A stretch of 64,000 nucleotides of DNA from Octopus sinensis (GCF_006345805.1 NC_043005.1:97340001-97404000); one strand, 5' to 3'; positions 25,934 to 39,775 are shown, counted from the stretch's first letter. Numbers and translations are program-made. Notes: generated by a model from the sequence alone, not told the origin.

Positions 25934-27507
25934 CTAAAAATAAAAGAATAGAAAAACATAAATTTTTTTTTTTAAATCAAAGATGAGCATTTTTTTAACA
26001 GGAAAGTTATACAACATATAAATAAAAGTACTTCAAAAGACATGAAAGTAAATTTAACGTCATCAATATAATTAAATTAAACATAGACTAATGTGTTTTC
26101 TTTTTCTTTTCTTATTTGCCCTTTTTCTCTCCTAGCTGCTATTGGATTCTAACATGAGGTTTGCTAATTCCCACTGAATTGGGAATTCAGTCTGAAATTC
26201 TCCATAAACTGGAAACATAGCCACTTGTTTGATAGGTTTCAGATTCTATATATCCAAGTATATTGCCCCATAGTCTTCTTATAGAGTCTAGTGATAGATT
26301 TATATCTATATTTTCTGGCATACAAATTAACATAGTAAGTAGCATAAACCTTGTCAATATCTTTTCGAATCCTGCTGCATTTCACATAGAATTTTTGGTC
26401 CTCCAAAGTCATTTTGGTGCTTAAGCCAACCTACCTCATTTGGCTGTAAATTTCGGTGTAAAAAATTTGATTTGTATGATGGAAAATACAGTTGCAACTT
26501 GAAGAATATGTTTTTATTCACTTCATATGTTTTCTTATCGTTTTTATTATCCAATTGGAAAAATTGGTTAAAGTTTTTGATGCAGCTTGTTTTCATTTTT
26601 ATGTCATTTCATTTAGATGATACTCCTATTTTTGTTTCTGTTGTAGTCCTTTCTAACAACCCCATGTACCTATCTCTGTTCTAGCAAATCAATCTGATTC
26701 ATATTTCAGGCTTCTGACTATACAATATATAAAAACACTTTTTGACCTGTACCTCCTATATACACATACACATTTTCTTTTGCTTTCTCCAATTATAATC
26801 CATTAGAAAAACTATTTTATGCAGAGAGGAGGAAATCCTACCTTTCCTCCTCTATACACCATTATTACAATTATTATTTTATCATTTCTGAGTTACTCTT
26901 ATTTCTTTTTAGTCCCATCAAATTAATTTTGTTTCTTCTTTTTTTTATTCCTAATTTTTCCTATACCTATATATATATATAGGGGGGGGGGGTCATGAAA
27001 AGAACAAAAGATGAAGACAGGTGGTGTACAAAACAAACAGATGTATTAGTATAATGCTCAGGAATTGAAAAAGTCTTTTACGTTTTGAGCCTATGCTCTT
27101 CTACAGAAAAGGACACAGAAAAAAAAACAAAGAGAGAAACAAGGAGAGAAAAAAATGTGTGTAGTGGCTACGGATATCTTTCAAATTTTATCAAAAACCC
27201 TAATTCAAGGTTTCACCCTACTCGCTCCATATGTGCTTTTCTTCATAATTCTCCAGAGGTGGGCTTCATTACTATATACACATTAATTTATTCCTACTGC
27301 ACATTAGTTTGACAAGATCATGAGACTAAAACATTCTGCAACTTTTTTACCAGTCATCAATTACATTGCGACTATCAAATTTTAATCACAAGGAATTGGT
27401 CAAGCTAAAGTACAGCAAAGAGACTTGCCCAACATGTCCTACTGTAAGATCAAACATGGAACCAGCTGGTTATAAAGCAAACTTCTTAACCATATGACAC
27501 ACATAAT

Positions 27508-28083
27508 TTATCCCTTAGCATTCAAACCAGCCATAGCCAGCCCAAATATTCTACCTGCTTTATGATCAAACCAACCAGTCCCAGCCCAACACATCTACTC
27601 AACAATATCACTCTAAAAATAAACAATCACATTGTTGACATCTCAGAGCTACAGGATAATGCATAAGTAATTCAAATTGATATGAATAAATAAGCATATA
27701 TTACACAGAGTAATCTGAATGCTAAAGTGTTACATGTTACATGTCCCTATCAACAGCCATCTCTTACACAGAGAAAGGAAGTGGCCAATACCTTTCTTAG
27801 ACAGTTACCTCTTTAGCTCACTTATGTACAGTCTAACCAACAAGTTTAAAGATAGATATTAGCAGCCAGGTAACCATTTAACATTCAGAGTATCCTGTCA
27901 AATTTAATGCTTATCTATTCATATTGTTTTGAATTAACCATGCATTTTTTCATATCTTCAAGATTTCAAAGAAGTAATTGTCTATGTTCAGAATAACATT
28001 GCAGGGTAGGTGTGGCCAATTGGAACATAAAACAGCTGGGATATTTGAGCCGGATATGACAAGTATAAATGCTAAAAGGTTAA
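27508..28083. mobile_element. Two diverged piggyBac-like MITE copies in inverted orientation (~27508-27732 and ~27871-28083)
   Basis: Ends resemble TTAA-CCCTTTAGCATT / AATGCTAAAGGG-TTAA; interiors are reverse-complementary (GAATAAATAAGCAT vs ATGCTTATCTATTC). Confidence 0.55.
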
Positions 28084-28209
28084 GAAACTAGACTTGTAAA
28101 AGAAATGAATTTGTTCACTTTATAAGCCAAAATTTAAGAAAACATTACAATTGAGCATAATTATCTGACTTATAATAGCATATAAATAGCATGAGAGAAG
28201 TATTTAGGA

Positions 28210-28579
28210 AGAGCACCATCTAAGCATGATCATTGCCAGAGCAGCCAACTGGCTTCCATGCCGTGGCACGTAAAAGGGCACCATTTGAATGTGATCATTA
28301 CCAACGTCACCTTACTGGTACCTGTGCCAGTGGCATGTGTAAAAAGATTTGAGTGAGGTCATTGCCAGAACCGCCTGACTGGCCCCGTGCCGATGGCATG
28401 TAAAAAGCACCCACTACACTCTCAGAGTGGTTGGCATTAGGAAGTGCATACAGCTGTAGAAACTCTGCCAGATCAAGATTGGGGCCTGGTGCAGCCATCT
28501 GGTTCACTAGGCCCCAGTCAAAATCGTCCAATCCATGCTAAATGGACGTTAAATGATGATGATGATGATGATGATGATG
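28210..28579 (+). mobile_element. RTE-family 3' tail
   Basis: Same tail motifs, ending in (GAT)n. Confidence 0.75.
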
Positions 28580-29395
28580 TAAAGTTACTAATAAACTATT
28601 ACCAGAGAAACATATAACTAAAGAATCTTCTTTGATCTGATACTAATTGTACACAACTTATTAAGCTCCTTATAATAATCTTACCAACTTTACGTTGGCA
28701 TTTAATTTATTTCCAATGTTCTGCATACTTTTTTAAATCTTCATTCCTTTCCATTTTGTTTATGTAGGAAGGAAAGTGGTTAAGTTATAGCTATCATGAG
28801 GATTCATAATGGCTTTCTAAGGCTACTGGACATAGAAGTTGTCTCCTTTATACACATAGGAGAAAAGAGCTTACAGTAGTAATCTGAAGCTGCTTGGAAA
28901 GAAGCAAAAGTTTAGCTCCAAGAGGAATTTATCATGTTAGATCTAATGATAGCTTGGCATGCACTGCCAGGAAAAACAGAAGAGATGGAAAAGTGCTTCC
29001 TGAAATTTATTTTACATGATATTGATAACTGGCAATTTCACAAAATAATTTATAACAAATAAACAGCCATTAATAATAAATAGTAGGCATAATTAATATA
29101 GCCATGATATCTCTTTGCTCATTATTTTGCTCCACAGTTCACTTTAGGTCTTTGATTCAATGTCAGATTTGTTTACATGAGAAAAATTACATGCTTTCAG
29201 TTTGTTTGATCAAATATAGAGATATTACTTAAGTTATTGCCCAAGATGGCTGGGGAAAGCTGTGTTTCCATAATGCTAAGTAGAAGGGCTCATTTTGCTA
29301 CAAAGGGAACTTAGCATGAAAAGAACTGACACTGGCTCAATCTGAAATTGCCACATGCAGTGGAGTGGGCAGGAAAGCCTGGCCTATATTAAGAT

Positions 29396-30265
29396 CTCTC
29401 AGATCGCTCCTTCCAAGTCCAAGTTAATGGTTCACTGTCCAATGTCTCTAGTGTGAGCAGTGGTGCACCTCAAGGTTCAGTGCTTGGGCCGTTATTGTTT
29501 TTAGGCTTCATCAATGACTTGCCTGACGACCTCACACAACACACCCTTCTATTTGCCGACGATGTCAAACTGGTCGCTCCTCGCAGTGATATAGATGATC
29601 TTCGCCGATGCCTCCACCAAGTTTGGAGATGGTCAAACGAATGAGACCTGTGTCTGAATGTGTTAAAGTGCTGTCATCTGCCTGTTGGCTCCTCTCGTGC
29701 AACTCAACTTGATTTCAAGCCGGGTCGTCTGCTGCTGGAGAAGACCGACCAGGTAAAGGACCTGGGTAGCTTACTGGATTCTTCCTTCTCGCCTTCGGCT
29801 CAATGTGTCCATGCTGCCAACAAAGCATGTGGAGTTCTGTTTTTGATTCAACAGTCATTCGGAATGCTCACAGCAGCCATATTCCTACTGCTCTATGTCA
29901 CGCTGGTGAGACCCATATTGGAGTACGGGATTCAAGCCTCTTCTTATCTCCTAAAAGACATCATAAGTGGAAAGTGTAACCTCTCGAAAGAGCTGTTCTT
30001 CACTCCTGCTCCGGAGCGTGGGCTGCGGGGTCACTCCGAAAAGCTCTATCTACGACGATTTCATCACAATAGGAGAGGGGCTTTCTCCGCCTGGGTTGTG
30101 GATCCATGGAATAAGCTGCCAGACGAGATAGTGAAGATGCTGACGACCGCTCGGTTCAAAGTCTCTCTTGACCAGAAATGGCCTGAACTCTTTGTATGAC
30201 CACCCTCCCTGTCCCACCTACATGGCCTTGCTTTTGCTTTTTGAGCCAATAAAAATTGAATTGAA
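29396..30265 (+). mobile_element. CR1-type LINE, 5'-truncated RT and C-terminal region
   Basis: SGAPQGSVLGPLLF..INDLP..LFADDVKL; LYVTLVRPILEY; RGHSEKL; WNKLP; short 3' UTR. Confidence 0.9.
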
Positions 30266-30604
30266 AAAGAGTGACCCAAGTAGGGGGAAGATAGGTAAGT
30301 TAGCAGTTTTGTTACTTGGCATACCAAAATATGATAAATTTTCTGAATATTGAAAGTTTGTATTTCTAATATCTCTGTACAGTGTCTAAATATGTCATTT
30401 TCTCAGAATATGTTTAGATATATGACACAGAAATGATTACTTGTCTCTATTCACTAGATAATGTCAATGGAATAAGCTGCCGGGCGAGATAATGAAGATG
30501 CTGTTATCTAGTGAATATTTTTTTCAATGGGACGTAGATTAATGAAAGATCCTGGTGAAAACAGCTAGAAAACTTGTTCAAGAAATGTTTGAAGTAATAA
30601 GATA

Positions 30605-31110
30605 CATCATCATCATCGTTTAACGTCCACTTTCCATGCTAGCATGGGTTGGATGAATGACTGAGGGCTGGCGAACCAGATGGCTGCACCAGGCTTCAAT
30701 CTTGATCTGGCAGAGTTTCTACAGCTGGATGCCCTTCCTAACACGAACCACTCTGAGAGTGTAGTGGGTACTTTTACATGCCACCGGCACGGGGCCAGTC
30801 AAGTGGTACTGGCAACGACCTTGCTCGAATCTTTTACACATGCCACCGGCACAGGTGCCAGTAAGGCGATGCTGGTAACAATCACGCTCGAATGGTGTCT
30901 TTTACGTGCCACCAGCACGGAGGCCAGATAGCCGCTCTGGCAACAATCATGCTCAGATGGTGCTCTTAATACCCTACTAGCACGGGGCTCGAGTGCCAGT
31001 AAGACGACGCTGGTAATGATCACGCTCGAATGGTGCCTTTTAAGTGCCATTGGCACAGAAGCCGGTTAGCCGCTCTGTCGATGATCACACTCATATGGTG
31101 CTCTTTGCAC
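30605..31110 (-). mobile_element. RTE-family 3' tail with internal repeats
   Basis: (CAT)n CGTTTAACGTCC.. followed by diverged GTGCCACCGGCAC units. Confidence 0.75.
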
Positions 31111-31510
31111 ATCGAATTTGATTTTAATTTTGATTACTGATAAATATGAGAATTCAAACTAAATATTGATGAATCACATTGAAAACATGACATTTATACA
31201 AAAAAAAAAATAGCAGCAGGGACACAATCTATTCCTTAAAGAGAAGCACTCATCTCCTGGTCACCATGAGGAATTGCATGCAGGTTAAAAAGCAGATGTA
31301 GGAAGATATGTTTGTTGAAGAGATGATTCTTTTGTAAATGATATAGAGTTTGGTTTCTTCTATATCTGAAAATATTGTCATTTAGTACTATTTGGGATTT
31401 GTTCTGAAATGAAATTCATAATGTTGTTGGTTATTCTAAAAAAGAATTAAATACCAAAAATGAAATGCAAATCATGTAATAGATAAGAATTAATAGTTAT
31501 TTATACTTAC

Positions 31511-31762
31511 TTCGGGAAGGGTGTGTATAGTACATACGACGACTCATGTACATCCGAGAACCTATGTACAACAAACCACCGGCTACTAGTGCTTGTTTCC
31601 AACCAATTGATGATATCTTGTTTCGGGTAAAAGAAATTGACCGACCATATTTTGTTCGGAGTGTACTTCTTGATAAACTAGTTCTAGAATATCTCCTTGT
31701 AGATCTTCTGGCATAAGATATTCTGGTGGAACTGCTTCTTCTTGCATCACAAAATTCCACAA
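31511..31762 (-). CDS. Shisa-like protein, signal cleavage site plus Arg/Ser-rich and hydrophobic N-terminal exon
   Basis: cctttttttcag / GTAAGT; 252 nt, phase 1-1, no stop; VEFCDA|RRSSSTRISYARRSTRRYSR...WKQALVAGGLLYIGSRMYMSRRMYYTHPSR joins in frame to the Cys exon. Confidence 0.85.
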
Positions 31763-31879
31763 CTGAAAAAAGGAAAAAAAAACTTCATGTCATATAGTTA
31801 TTCTTTAGTTGTTTCAAATTGTTGTGGAAGGATTCTAGCCACCTCCATGTGACTAAAAGTGGACTGACACATTGCTATG

Positions 31880-33128
31880 AAATAAATAATTATCAGCAGT
31901 TCAGCAAGAACAGGGAATGCAAGAGGTTTAAAATGGATAAACTAACTCCAGATTCGTTGGAATACCTGATATTTGCACAGAGACTTACTACTAAAAAGGA
32001 TGCAGAAGTCAGAATGAAAATCTTGGAAAGCTGAAAATGAACCAGGATATAACCCTACAGAAACTGTCAGAAGAATGCAATATGATATTAAAAGTAAGAC
32101 ATAACACAGAGGAAATCCAATGCAGAGATTGTTTCCAGATAAAACCAGTGCAGAAGAGTCTGAAGATGGATAAAGTGTTTCACAAAAAACACAATAAACA
32201 TCAGGATATAAGCCTATGTATAGCATGTGGTGGTATGCACCTGAAGAAAGATTGTCCATTCAAAAAAGCAAAGTGTTTTCATTGTGGGAATACAAGACAT
32301 ATTAAATCGCACTGCAGATGATGAAAATTTGGAACAAACAAGAAAAAAATAAATAGTTTGTTGTCAGAAAAAGAGTTAATACAGTGAACAGAAAATTCAT
32401 CAAGGTGAAAATCAAAACCACAAGTGTCAAACTGCAATTAGACATGGGAAGTGACATCACTATCATAAATGAGAAAACATGGGGAAAAAATCGGTAAGCC
32501 GAAATTATTTAGATCAAATAAAGTAGCATATGGTGTTACTGGAAGGAAATTATATTTTATCGGCGAATGCCTTTGCAATGTAACTTCTCAAGATAAGATG
32601 AAAAGGACAAATATTTGTGTTGAAAAAAATCACCAAACTTATTTGGTACAGAACGCATGGGGTTATTTAAAATGTGGGATACAGACATAAGTGTTCTCTG
32701 TGGAAATCTAGTTGGGATGGTCAAAGGCTCGAATGAAGTCAAAGAACTGAGACAAAAAATAAAAAAATTATTTCCAAATGTTTTTTTGGAAGGATTGGGC
32801 TGTTGCCCTAAAACAAAAGTGAGGATTGCTGTAAAAGAAAATGCAACACTTGTTTTTAGGCCAAAACAGAACGTGGCGTTTGCAGCAATAGAACTGGTCA
32901 ACAAAAACTGGAAAGTCTAGCTATAATTGAAAAAAATCAACCACTGAAAAAAAAGAAGAAATTAGAGTGTGTGAAGATTTCTCAACAGAATTAAATGACT
33001 GTTTAGTTGAACACACAAGCCCAGAAGAAGTATTTTCAAAACTAAATGGAGGAAAAAATTTCGCAAAATTAAAGAAAAAACTCAAAAAAGTGAATAAAGT
33101 AAAAAAAAAGGAAAAATCTAAAAGGAGA
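31880..33128 (+). mobile_element. Gypsy-type LTR retrotransposon remnant (gag knuckles, protease, start of RT)
   Basis: CIACGGMHLKKDCPFKKAKCFHCGNTRHIKSHC double knuckle; VKLQLDMGSDITII protease motif; FRPK..VAFAA and IRVCEDFSTELNDCL..PEEVFSKLNGGK RT start; multiple stops/frameshifts. Confidence 0.85.
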
Positions 33129-33452
33129 TGTTGTAGTGGAAATGGTACACCTCTCCCACGGGATAAGTGGTATGTGCAGCCACTATAAAGTGAGACGATG
33201 TCAACCAATACAGGGGGTCATGTATTAGTCATCATACGAGTCATCATACAAGTTCTCAGTAGGAGTTAAGAGTCAGTTGTGTGTTATAGTTGATTTCAAG
33301 TCACAGTCAACGTAGACGCTTCAAATTCAGTGTCTTGCAGAGCTCTCAGTGATAGCACGATAGATAAAGCAGTGTATTACCGTTCTGGCATAAAAGAGAT
33401 ACACTGCATCCGATACCAAGAAAATATCATGGCTACTAGAGTAGATACAACA
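33129..33452 (+). mobile_element. Probable 3' LTR of the Gypsy remnant
   Basis: Purine tract AAAAGGAGA directly before TGTTGTA; ends TACAACA (7-bp terminal inverted repeat, TG..CA); no matching 5' LTR seen. Confidence 0.55.
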
Positions 33453-34093
33453 GCTACAGTCACAACAGTGGCCACACATTATAACTGTGGAAAACACCAA
33501 ATCATAACAATTTTCAAATCATTTTAACTGAAGTACCAAGAAAAATAAAGAAATGAAGTTCATATTCACATGGATTTCATTTTGCTATGAAATTGAGGTC
33601 ACTAGGAGGACCTTTTAGCTAGTATGGGATTGAGGATCAAACCAACTGGATTTGCTATTTTTACAGTTTATTAGTTTGCTCAGCTAACTCTCTCAAGATA
33701 TTGGGACAAAGTAGCAGGAGGTTTACCTATTAAAATATGAACAAAACTGTTCCAGACACAGCTTTCATAATTGTACAACAATTATGTTGTGAAACCTAGC
33801 AATAATTACTAAAGCACAATACAACATAGGTTCTGAATGAACATACTCATATTCATGTGTATTTAGTCTCACAATAAAACTAAGCCCACAAAGGACCTTT
33901 TGAACAAGGGATGAAGATCAAACCAGCAAGTTTCAGTCTTCACAGTTCCTCGAGGTTTTACACTTCCCACTCTCAACGTACCACAATAAAATAGCAGACA
34001 GCTACTAATGTAACTATTGCAGGCTGTCAGTCATATCATTTAGCAAAATGAATTATGCCTGGGATAACCTTGTTTATCTATAATATATAAGTA

Positions 34094-34374
34094 CTAGCAG
34101 TATCGTCCGGCATTGCTCGGGTTTGTTTTGACCCTTTAGAATTGGAATTTTTGAAAAGTAAAAATTTTGCATTATGTAGCTTGTTATTCTCTTTAAGTGA
34201 ACATTTTTCTGGCTGAAATACACCGGAAAATGGCAACACAGCAGTCAAAAAATCGTAAAAAATAGGGATTTTCATAGAAAAAAAGCACCTTTTTGATGTA
34301 AATAATTTTTGGTGTTAGTTGAAGGCTATCAAACCTGACATACACAGACAACTTCAGCTTTATATATAGAGAGA
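34094..34374 (-). mobile_element. Non-autonomous Helitron
   Basis: Minus strand: A|TC 5' end, 3' hairpin CCCGAGCAATGCCGGA then CTAG|T; homologous to 58667-59053. Confidence 0.85.
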
Positions 34375-35065
34375 TTTTAATAAGTATTCCAAGGTACAAC
34401 TGCAAGAAACCCACAAAGGCCTTCACTGTGAGACTAAATACCTATGGATATGATTTGGTATATTGATTTATTCATGAAGAATGTATTGAGATTCAAGTAA
34501 TTATTGAAGTACACAGAGCCAAATATTTTCCTAAAATTAATAATGCAGTGTCTGCAGCCAAGTCTATACTCTTGATATTTTAGACAGAAGTCATATGATC
34601 ATCCAGATAAGCTGCTTGCACAAACAGCAGGTTTAAATGCAAGCAGAGATGTGAAAACAAAAAGCAAATATAGAAATAAAAATCCTATTGATATAAAAAT
34701 AATTAAAATAAATTAGTGACATAATATCTAAACAATTTATTCAAATATGAATATTTTCTTCATTAAAGAACTTTGAATTTATCACAAATTGTAGTGTTAC
34801 TATTCCTCTTCAGACCCATTGTTCTTCTTCTATTAAAACAGATTAATTTTATAAGAAGAAAAAAACTGCTGACATAAGAGGAATTAGATGCAGTGTGCAA
34901 GAGAGAAGACTGCACTGGTTTGGTCACATAGATGTAGATAGCTGCATAAGAAGTGGATGGAACTTGGGGAAGAGGGAGACGCAGAAAGACATGGGATGAA
35001 GTACTGAAGTTTGAGCTCAGGACACTGAGCCTTATGAAGGATATGACAAAGGACATTGATACCTA

Positions 35066-35291
35066 TTTCTTTATTGCCCACAAGGGGCTAAACACAGAAG
35101 GGACAAACAAGGACAGGCAAATGGATTAAGTCAATTATATCGACCCTAGCGCATAACTGGTACTTAATTTATCAACCCTGAAAGGATGAAAGGCAAAGTC
35201 GACCTCAGCGGAATTTGAACTCAGAATGTAATGGCAAACGAAATATGGCTACATGTTTCACCTGGTGTGCTAACGTTTTTGCCAGCTCGCC
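35066..35291 (-). mobile_element. Nin/Deu-domain SINE with 7-bp TSD
   Basis: GGCGAGCTGGCA head, GAGTTCAAATTCC B box, GCCTTTCATCCTTTC domain; ATACCTA repeated on both sides. Confidence 0.8.
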
Positions 35292-35515
35292 AATACCTAG
35301 TGCCTTGCTGTACTCGAGAAGACCTGTCCACCACAGTAGAATTGTTAATGCTCCCCTCCCAACTGAAGAGATGTAGATGTTTGCTATGCAAGAGCCCTGA
35401 ACCTCATAAAAAGCATCCGTGCTGATGTCACATAAATAATTACCTGTGCCATGTAAAAACTACCTGTGCCAGCACCACATAAAAAGCGCCCATGCTAGGT
35501 CACAAGAGAGGCACC

Positions 35516-35743
35516 TATTTCGTTACTACCCACAAGGGGCTAAACACAGAGAGGACAAACAAGGACAGACAAACAGATTAAGTCGATTATATCGACCCCA
35601 GTGCGTAACTGGTACTTAATTCATCGACCCCGAAAGGATGAAAAGCAAAGTCGACCTCGACATAATTTGAACTCAGAAAGTAACGGCAGACGAAATACCG
35701 CTAAATATTTCACCTGGCGTGCTAACGTTCCTGCCAGCTTGCC
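35516..35743 (-). mobile_element. Nin/Deu-domain SINE
   Basis: Colinear with 35066-35291 and 53732-53960. Confidence 0.8.
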
Positions 35744-36739
35744 TGTGCTGGTGTCATGTAAAAAGCACCCAGTACACTCTGTAAAGTGGTTAGCATTTCA
35801 GAAGGCATCCAACAGTAGAAACCAGGCAAAATAAGACTGGTACCTGATGCAGCTCTCCAGCTTAACCTGTCCAACCCATGCCAGCATGGAAAATGGACAT
35901 TAAATGATGATGATGAAATAAGAGAATGGCTGGGGGAAGAATAACTGAGTATAGTTGCTGCATGGAAGTGGGTACTAATGCAGTTCATGTTGTAAACCAA
36001 ATAATTTTGATTCATTCACATTATCCCTTTTATGATGAAGATGATAATTATCAATAAGGCTAATTTCCATCAAAAAGGCAAGTAGGGACAACCTCAAAAT
36101 GTTACCCAAAATGATGAAAGGCAATGTCGACATTGAGTATAAGTCAATTATATTGACCCCTAGTGCTCAACTGGTACTTATTTTATCAACTCTAAAAGTC
36201 AACTTTGGCAGAATTTGAACTCAGAATGTAAAGACAGATGAAATGCCAATGAGCATTTTGTTCAGCATGCTAATCACTCAGCCAGCTTGCCACCTTCATA
36301 ACTATCCTTTCTTAATTTGGCACAAGGTCACCAATCTTGAGGTGTGGGGAAGTGGATTCCAATGCTCTCAGTATTCAAATGGTACTTATTTTGTTGATCC
36401 CAAGAAGATGAAATGCAAAATCAACCTCAGCAGAATTTGAACTCCAATGTAAATGTCACAAGCATTTTGTCTGGCATGCTAATGATTCCATCAGTTCATT
36501 GTAACAACAACAACAACAACAACAGCAATGACAATTCACTGATGACTACTTGGAAGGATGACAAATGAAACCAACCTCAGAAGGATAAAAGTTGAGTTGG
36601 TCCCGGTGGGATCTGAATTCTAAATGTAGAGAAATGCAATGAAATATTGGAAAGCATATTTCCCAACAATTTACTGATTTTGCTAATCCAACCTTATTAA
36701 TTGTACAATAACTATATTTAAAAATTTAGAATATAAGTT

Positions 36740-37790
36740 CTGACAATCATGCCATTATCATCAATGTACACTGAACAGCCACTTTTTCTACGCTTGCATG
36801 GTTCAATAGGTCTGCAATATAACATGACATCTTTTCTTCATCTGATCTTATCTCATCTATATAGCATAGTATCTTAAGATCTACATCACTCTACCCATGT
36901 CTTTTTTGGGGCTTCTGTCACAACTAACATTGTTTCAATTAATGTTCATTCTCTTTTCACATTACATTCCCATCTCAAAAGAATGCAATTTCTGTACACA
37001 TCAGTGGACTTCTTGATTACTAACTGCTCCCTTGGGTCACTTTTTATGTCTTTTTTGAAAGCTGTTGTTGCACATCTAATCCATCATTATTCAACTTGTT
37101 TTTCTCAAGTTTCAGTAAATCTGCCACACTCAAAGCCTAACTCTCATGACTGCACTGCATGAAACTTCTATTAAATGTCAAATGTCTGACAGAATCAGAA
37201 CAAAAAAAAAAACATTCTTACCAACAGTGGTAAAAGCTCTCTAAACTTGTTACACCTCCAGAGTTAATTACAACACTTTAGTCACAGAACTATTAATTAT
37301 TCCAACCGAGTCATACATGTGTAATTCATAGGCATGGGTGCTCCTACTGCTATTCAGTCCTGTGCATCAATTATACTTGAAGACCTAAATGACAGTCACT
37401 CTGTGAAAACTTCAGTACACACATTTCTTGCACCAAGTACAAAATATTAAGGCCCTTTCACCTTCTTGTCTTCATGTCAAACAGAATCACCTCCCAGATA
37501 ACATTGGAATTTTGAGCTTTCACAAGCTAGCACCTTGGTTTTTGTAACTGTCACATTAGATTCTAACTCTTTCATCCAGATGTGGAACTTTTTCTGCAGA
37601 TCTTCAACAATTACTATTATAAAACCAAACCGTTAACATATAAATGTTATTGAAGACAACCAGTCCTAGATTTTTTGTGTTATTGCTTCAAGAACTATAA
37701 CAAATAGAAAGGCATTGAAAATAGAGCACTAGTACACACCTACCAATACATTAAAATCCTCAGAACTTGCTGTTGACCTGAACATTACTA
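36740..37790 (-). mobile_element. Highly degraded RTE-like LINE
   Basis: Residual colinearity with the RT region of 46168-47815 (CCTTGGTTTTTG, TATTGC..ACTAT..ACAAA); no intact ORF. Confidence 0.45.
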
Positions 37791-39391
37791 ATTATACCTT
37801 TATATTTTAAGGCTTGGTCTGGTGAAGTTGTGCTCAATATTAACATGAAGTCTTCAAATACTTGCTTGCCTATCTTTCACAAGTTGTTTATCTGCAACTA
37901 GTTATAATGTCTTACTAAACAAAAATGCCAAGGATCTTATCAAAGAATCCTCCAATGAAGGATAATCTTAAAAGCCTAACAGAGCTATTAAGATTAATCT
38001 GTATCAGCTTAAATCATCATGTTGTAAGAGACAACTAAGAGTTGGTAGCAGGAGGGGTATCCAACCATAAAACATTACCTCAAAAACCCTGTCCAAACCA
38101 TACCAGCATGGAAAAGTAGACGTAATATGATGATGCTTGTTAGGTATATTGGTATGCCATAAGAAGAAAATAAATTTAATATCACTGGTAATACCCTTTA
38201 TTGTAAAGTAGCTTTTCTACTTTATGTATCTTTTTTTATATACAATAGACAGCAATTGTCTACTCAGGCACAGATCCTTATACTTGTGTGAAAAGACACA
38301 AATAACCACTTATCCTAGAAGAAACAAACAAAGCAGACATGTATTGGAAGGTGTTTATAATAAAAATGGCTATAATAAAGTTGGTGTCTAAAACGGACAA
38401 CTTTGAATCCAAGAATTAAGGGTTGTGTCAGTCAAGTTAATATTAAAAGGTTTAAGGCAGATAAATTCAGCTCTCACTGATTCGTATCAAATACAGGTCT
38501 TAACCAAAACAACAATTATTCCAAGAATGATGTTGCATTTGTGTCTTATGCAAATTATATTTTTTTACTAAAATTGCCTAAATCATACTAAAGGAAACCT
38601 ACCAGAGACTCCCTTGTTCTTGTATTTAATATCCAAGTTTTTGATACTGATACAGGTTAGATGGTTCTAAAACATTTTTTTCTTTATCTTAAATTATCAT
38701 TTCATATAATGTGATCTTGATTTTTAAAAACTTCTTTTCTTTTTTTTAAGTGGCTTAATCAGAAGAAGAATGGCAATACTTTTGACCTTTTTCTAGACCC
38801 CACTGACAAGGAGAAGCAAGTGAAGTAGTTATCTTCAGACCAAAGATGGTCAAATGCTTGCAAAAAAAAGGTACGCAAAGGCTAGGCCTGGTGGTAATGC
38901 TAAATCAGAAATGGATTAAGTTTTCCACCTAAATCCATGGTCACTGATGGACTTCCTCACAGTTTCCCTCAGCCAGATTTCTCTCACAAGACTTTAGTTT
39001 GTTTAGGACTTATTCCATCAGTCTCTTCTGCCAAACTACTAAGTTACAGGGACATAAACAGACCAACATCGGTTGTCAAGTGATGGTAGGAGGACAGACA
39101 TCATCATCATCATCATCACCATTTAACATCCACTTTCCATGCTGGCTTGGATTGAATAGTTTGACTGAAACTGGTAAGCTACACCAGGTTTCAATCTGAT
39201 CTGGCATGGTTTCTACAGCTGGACGCCCTTCCTAATTCCAACCATACTCCAAAAGTGTAGTGGGCACTTTTTACATACCGCTGGCAAGGGTGCCATCTAT
39301 GTGAACCCAGCATCAACCACAACTATGATCTCACTTAGCTTGTCAGGTCTATACATAAACATGGTATATTGCCCCCCCCCACCCATATATA

Positions 39392-39775
39392 TCATCATCA
39401 TCGTTTAACGTCCGTTTTCCGTGCTAGCATGGGTTGGACGGTTCGACTGGGCTCTGGGAAGCCAGGAGGCTGCACCAGGCTCCAGTCTGATCTGGTAGTA
39501 TTTCTACAGCTGGGTGCCCTTCCTAACGTCAACCACTCCATGAGTGTAGTGGGTGCTTTTTACGTGCCACCGGCAGAGGTGCTAGGGGAGGCTGCCAGTG
39601 GCCACAATCAGTTGATGCTTTTTACGTGTCACTGGCACAGAAGCCAGTCAAGGCGGCGCTGGCATCGGCCACGTTCAGATGGTGCCTTTTATGTGCCACT
39701 GGCACAGGTATCACAACTACAATTTCCATTTGATATTTATTTTGATATTGATGTACTTGACTCAATAGGTCTCAT
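39392..39775 (-). mobile_element. RTE-family 3' tail
   Basis: (CAT)n CGTTTAACGTCCG.. plus GC-rich units. Confidence 0.78.

Larger units (their letters stand above)
34880..35915 (+). mobile_element. RTE LINE 3' end (ORF C-terminus plus UTR) interrupted by two SINEs
   Basis: LHWFGHI and RGRRRKTWDEVLK..L..DMTKD motifs, then UTR ending TTAAAT(GAT)n. Confidence 0.75.
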
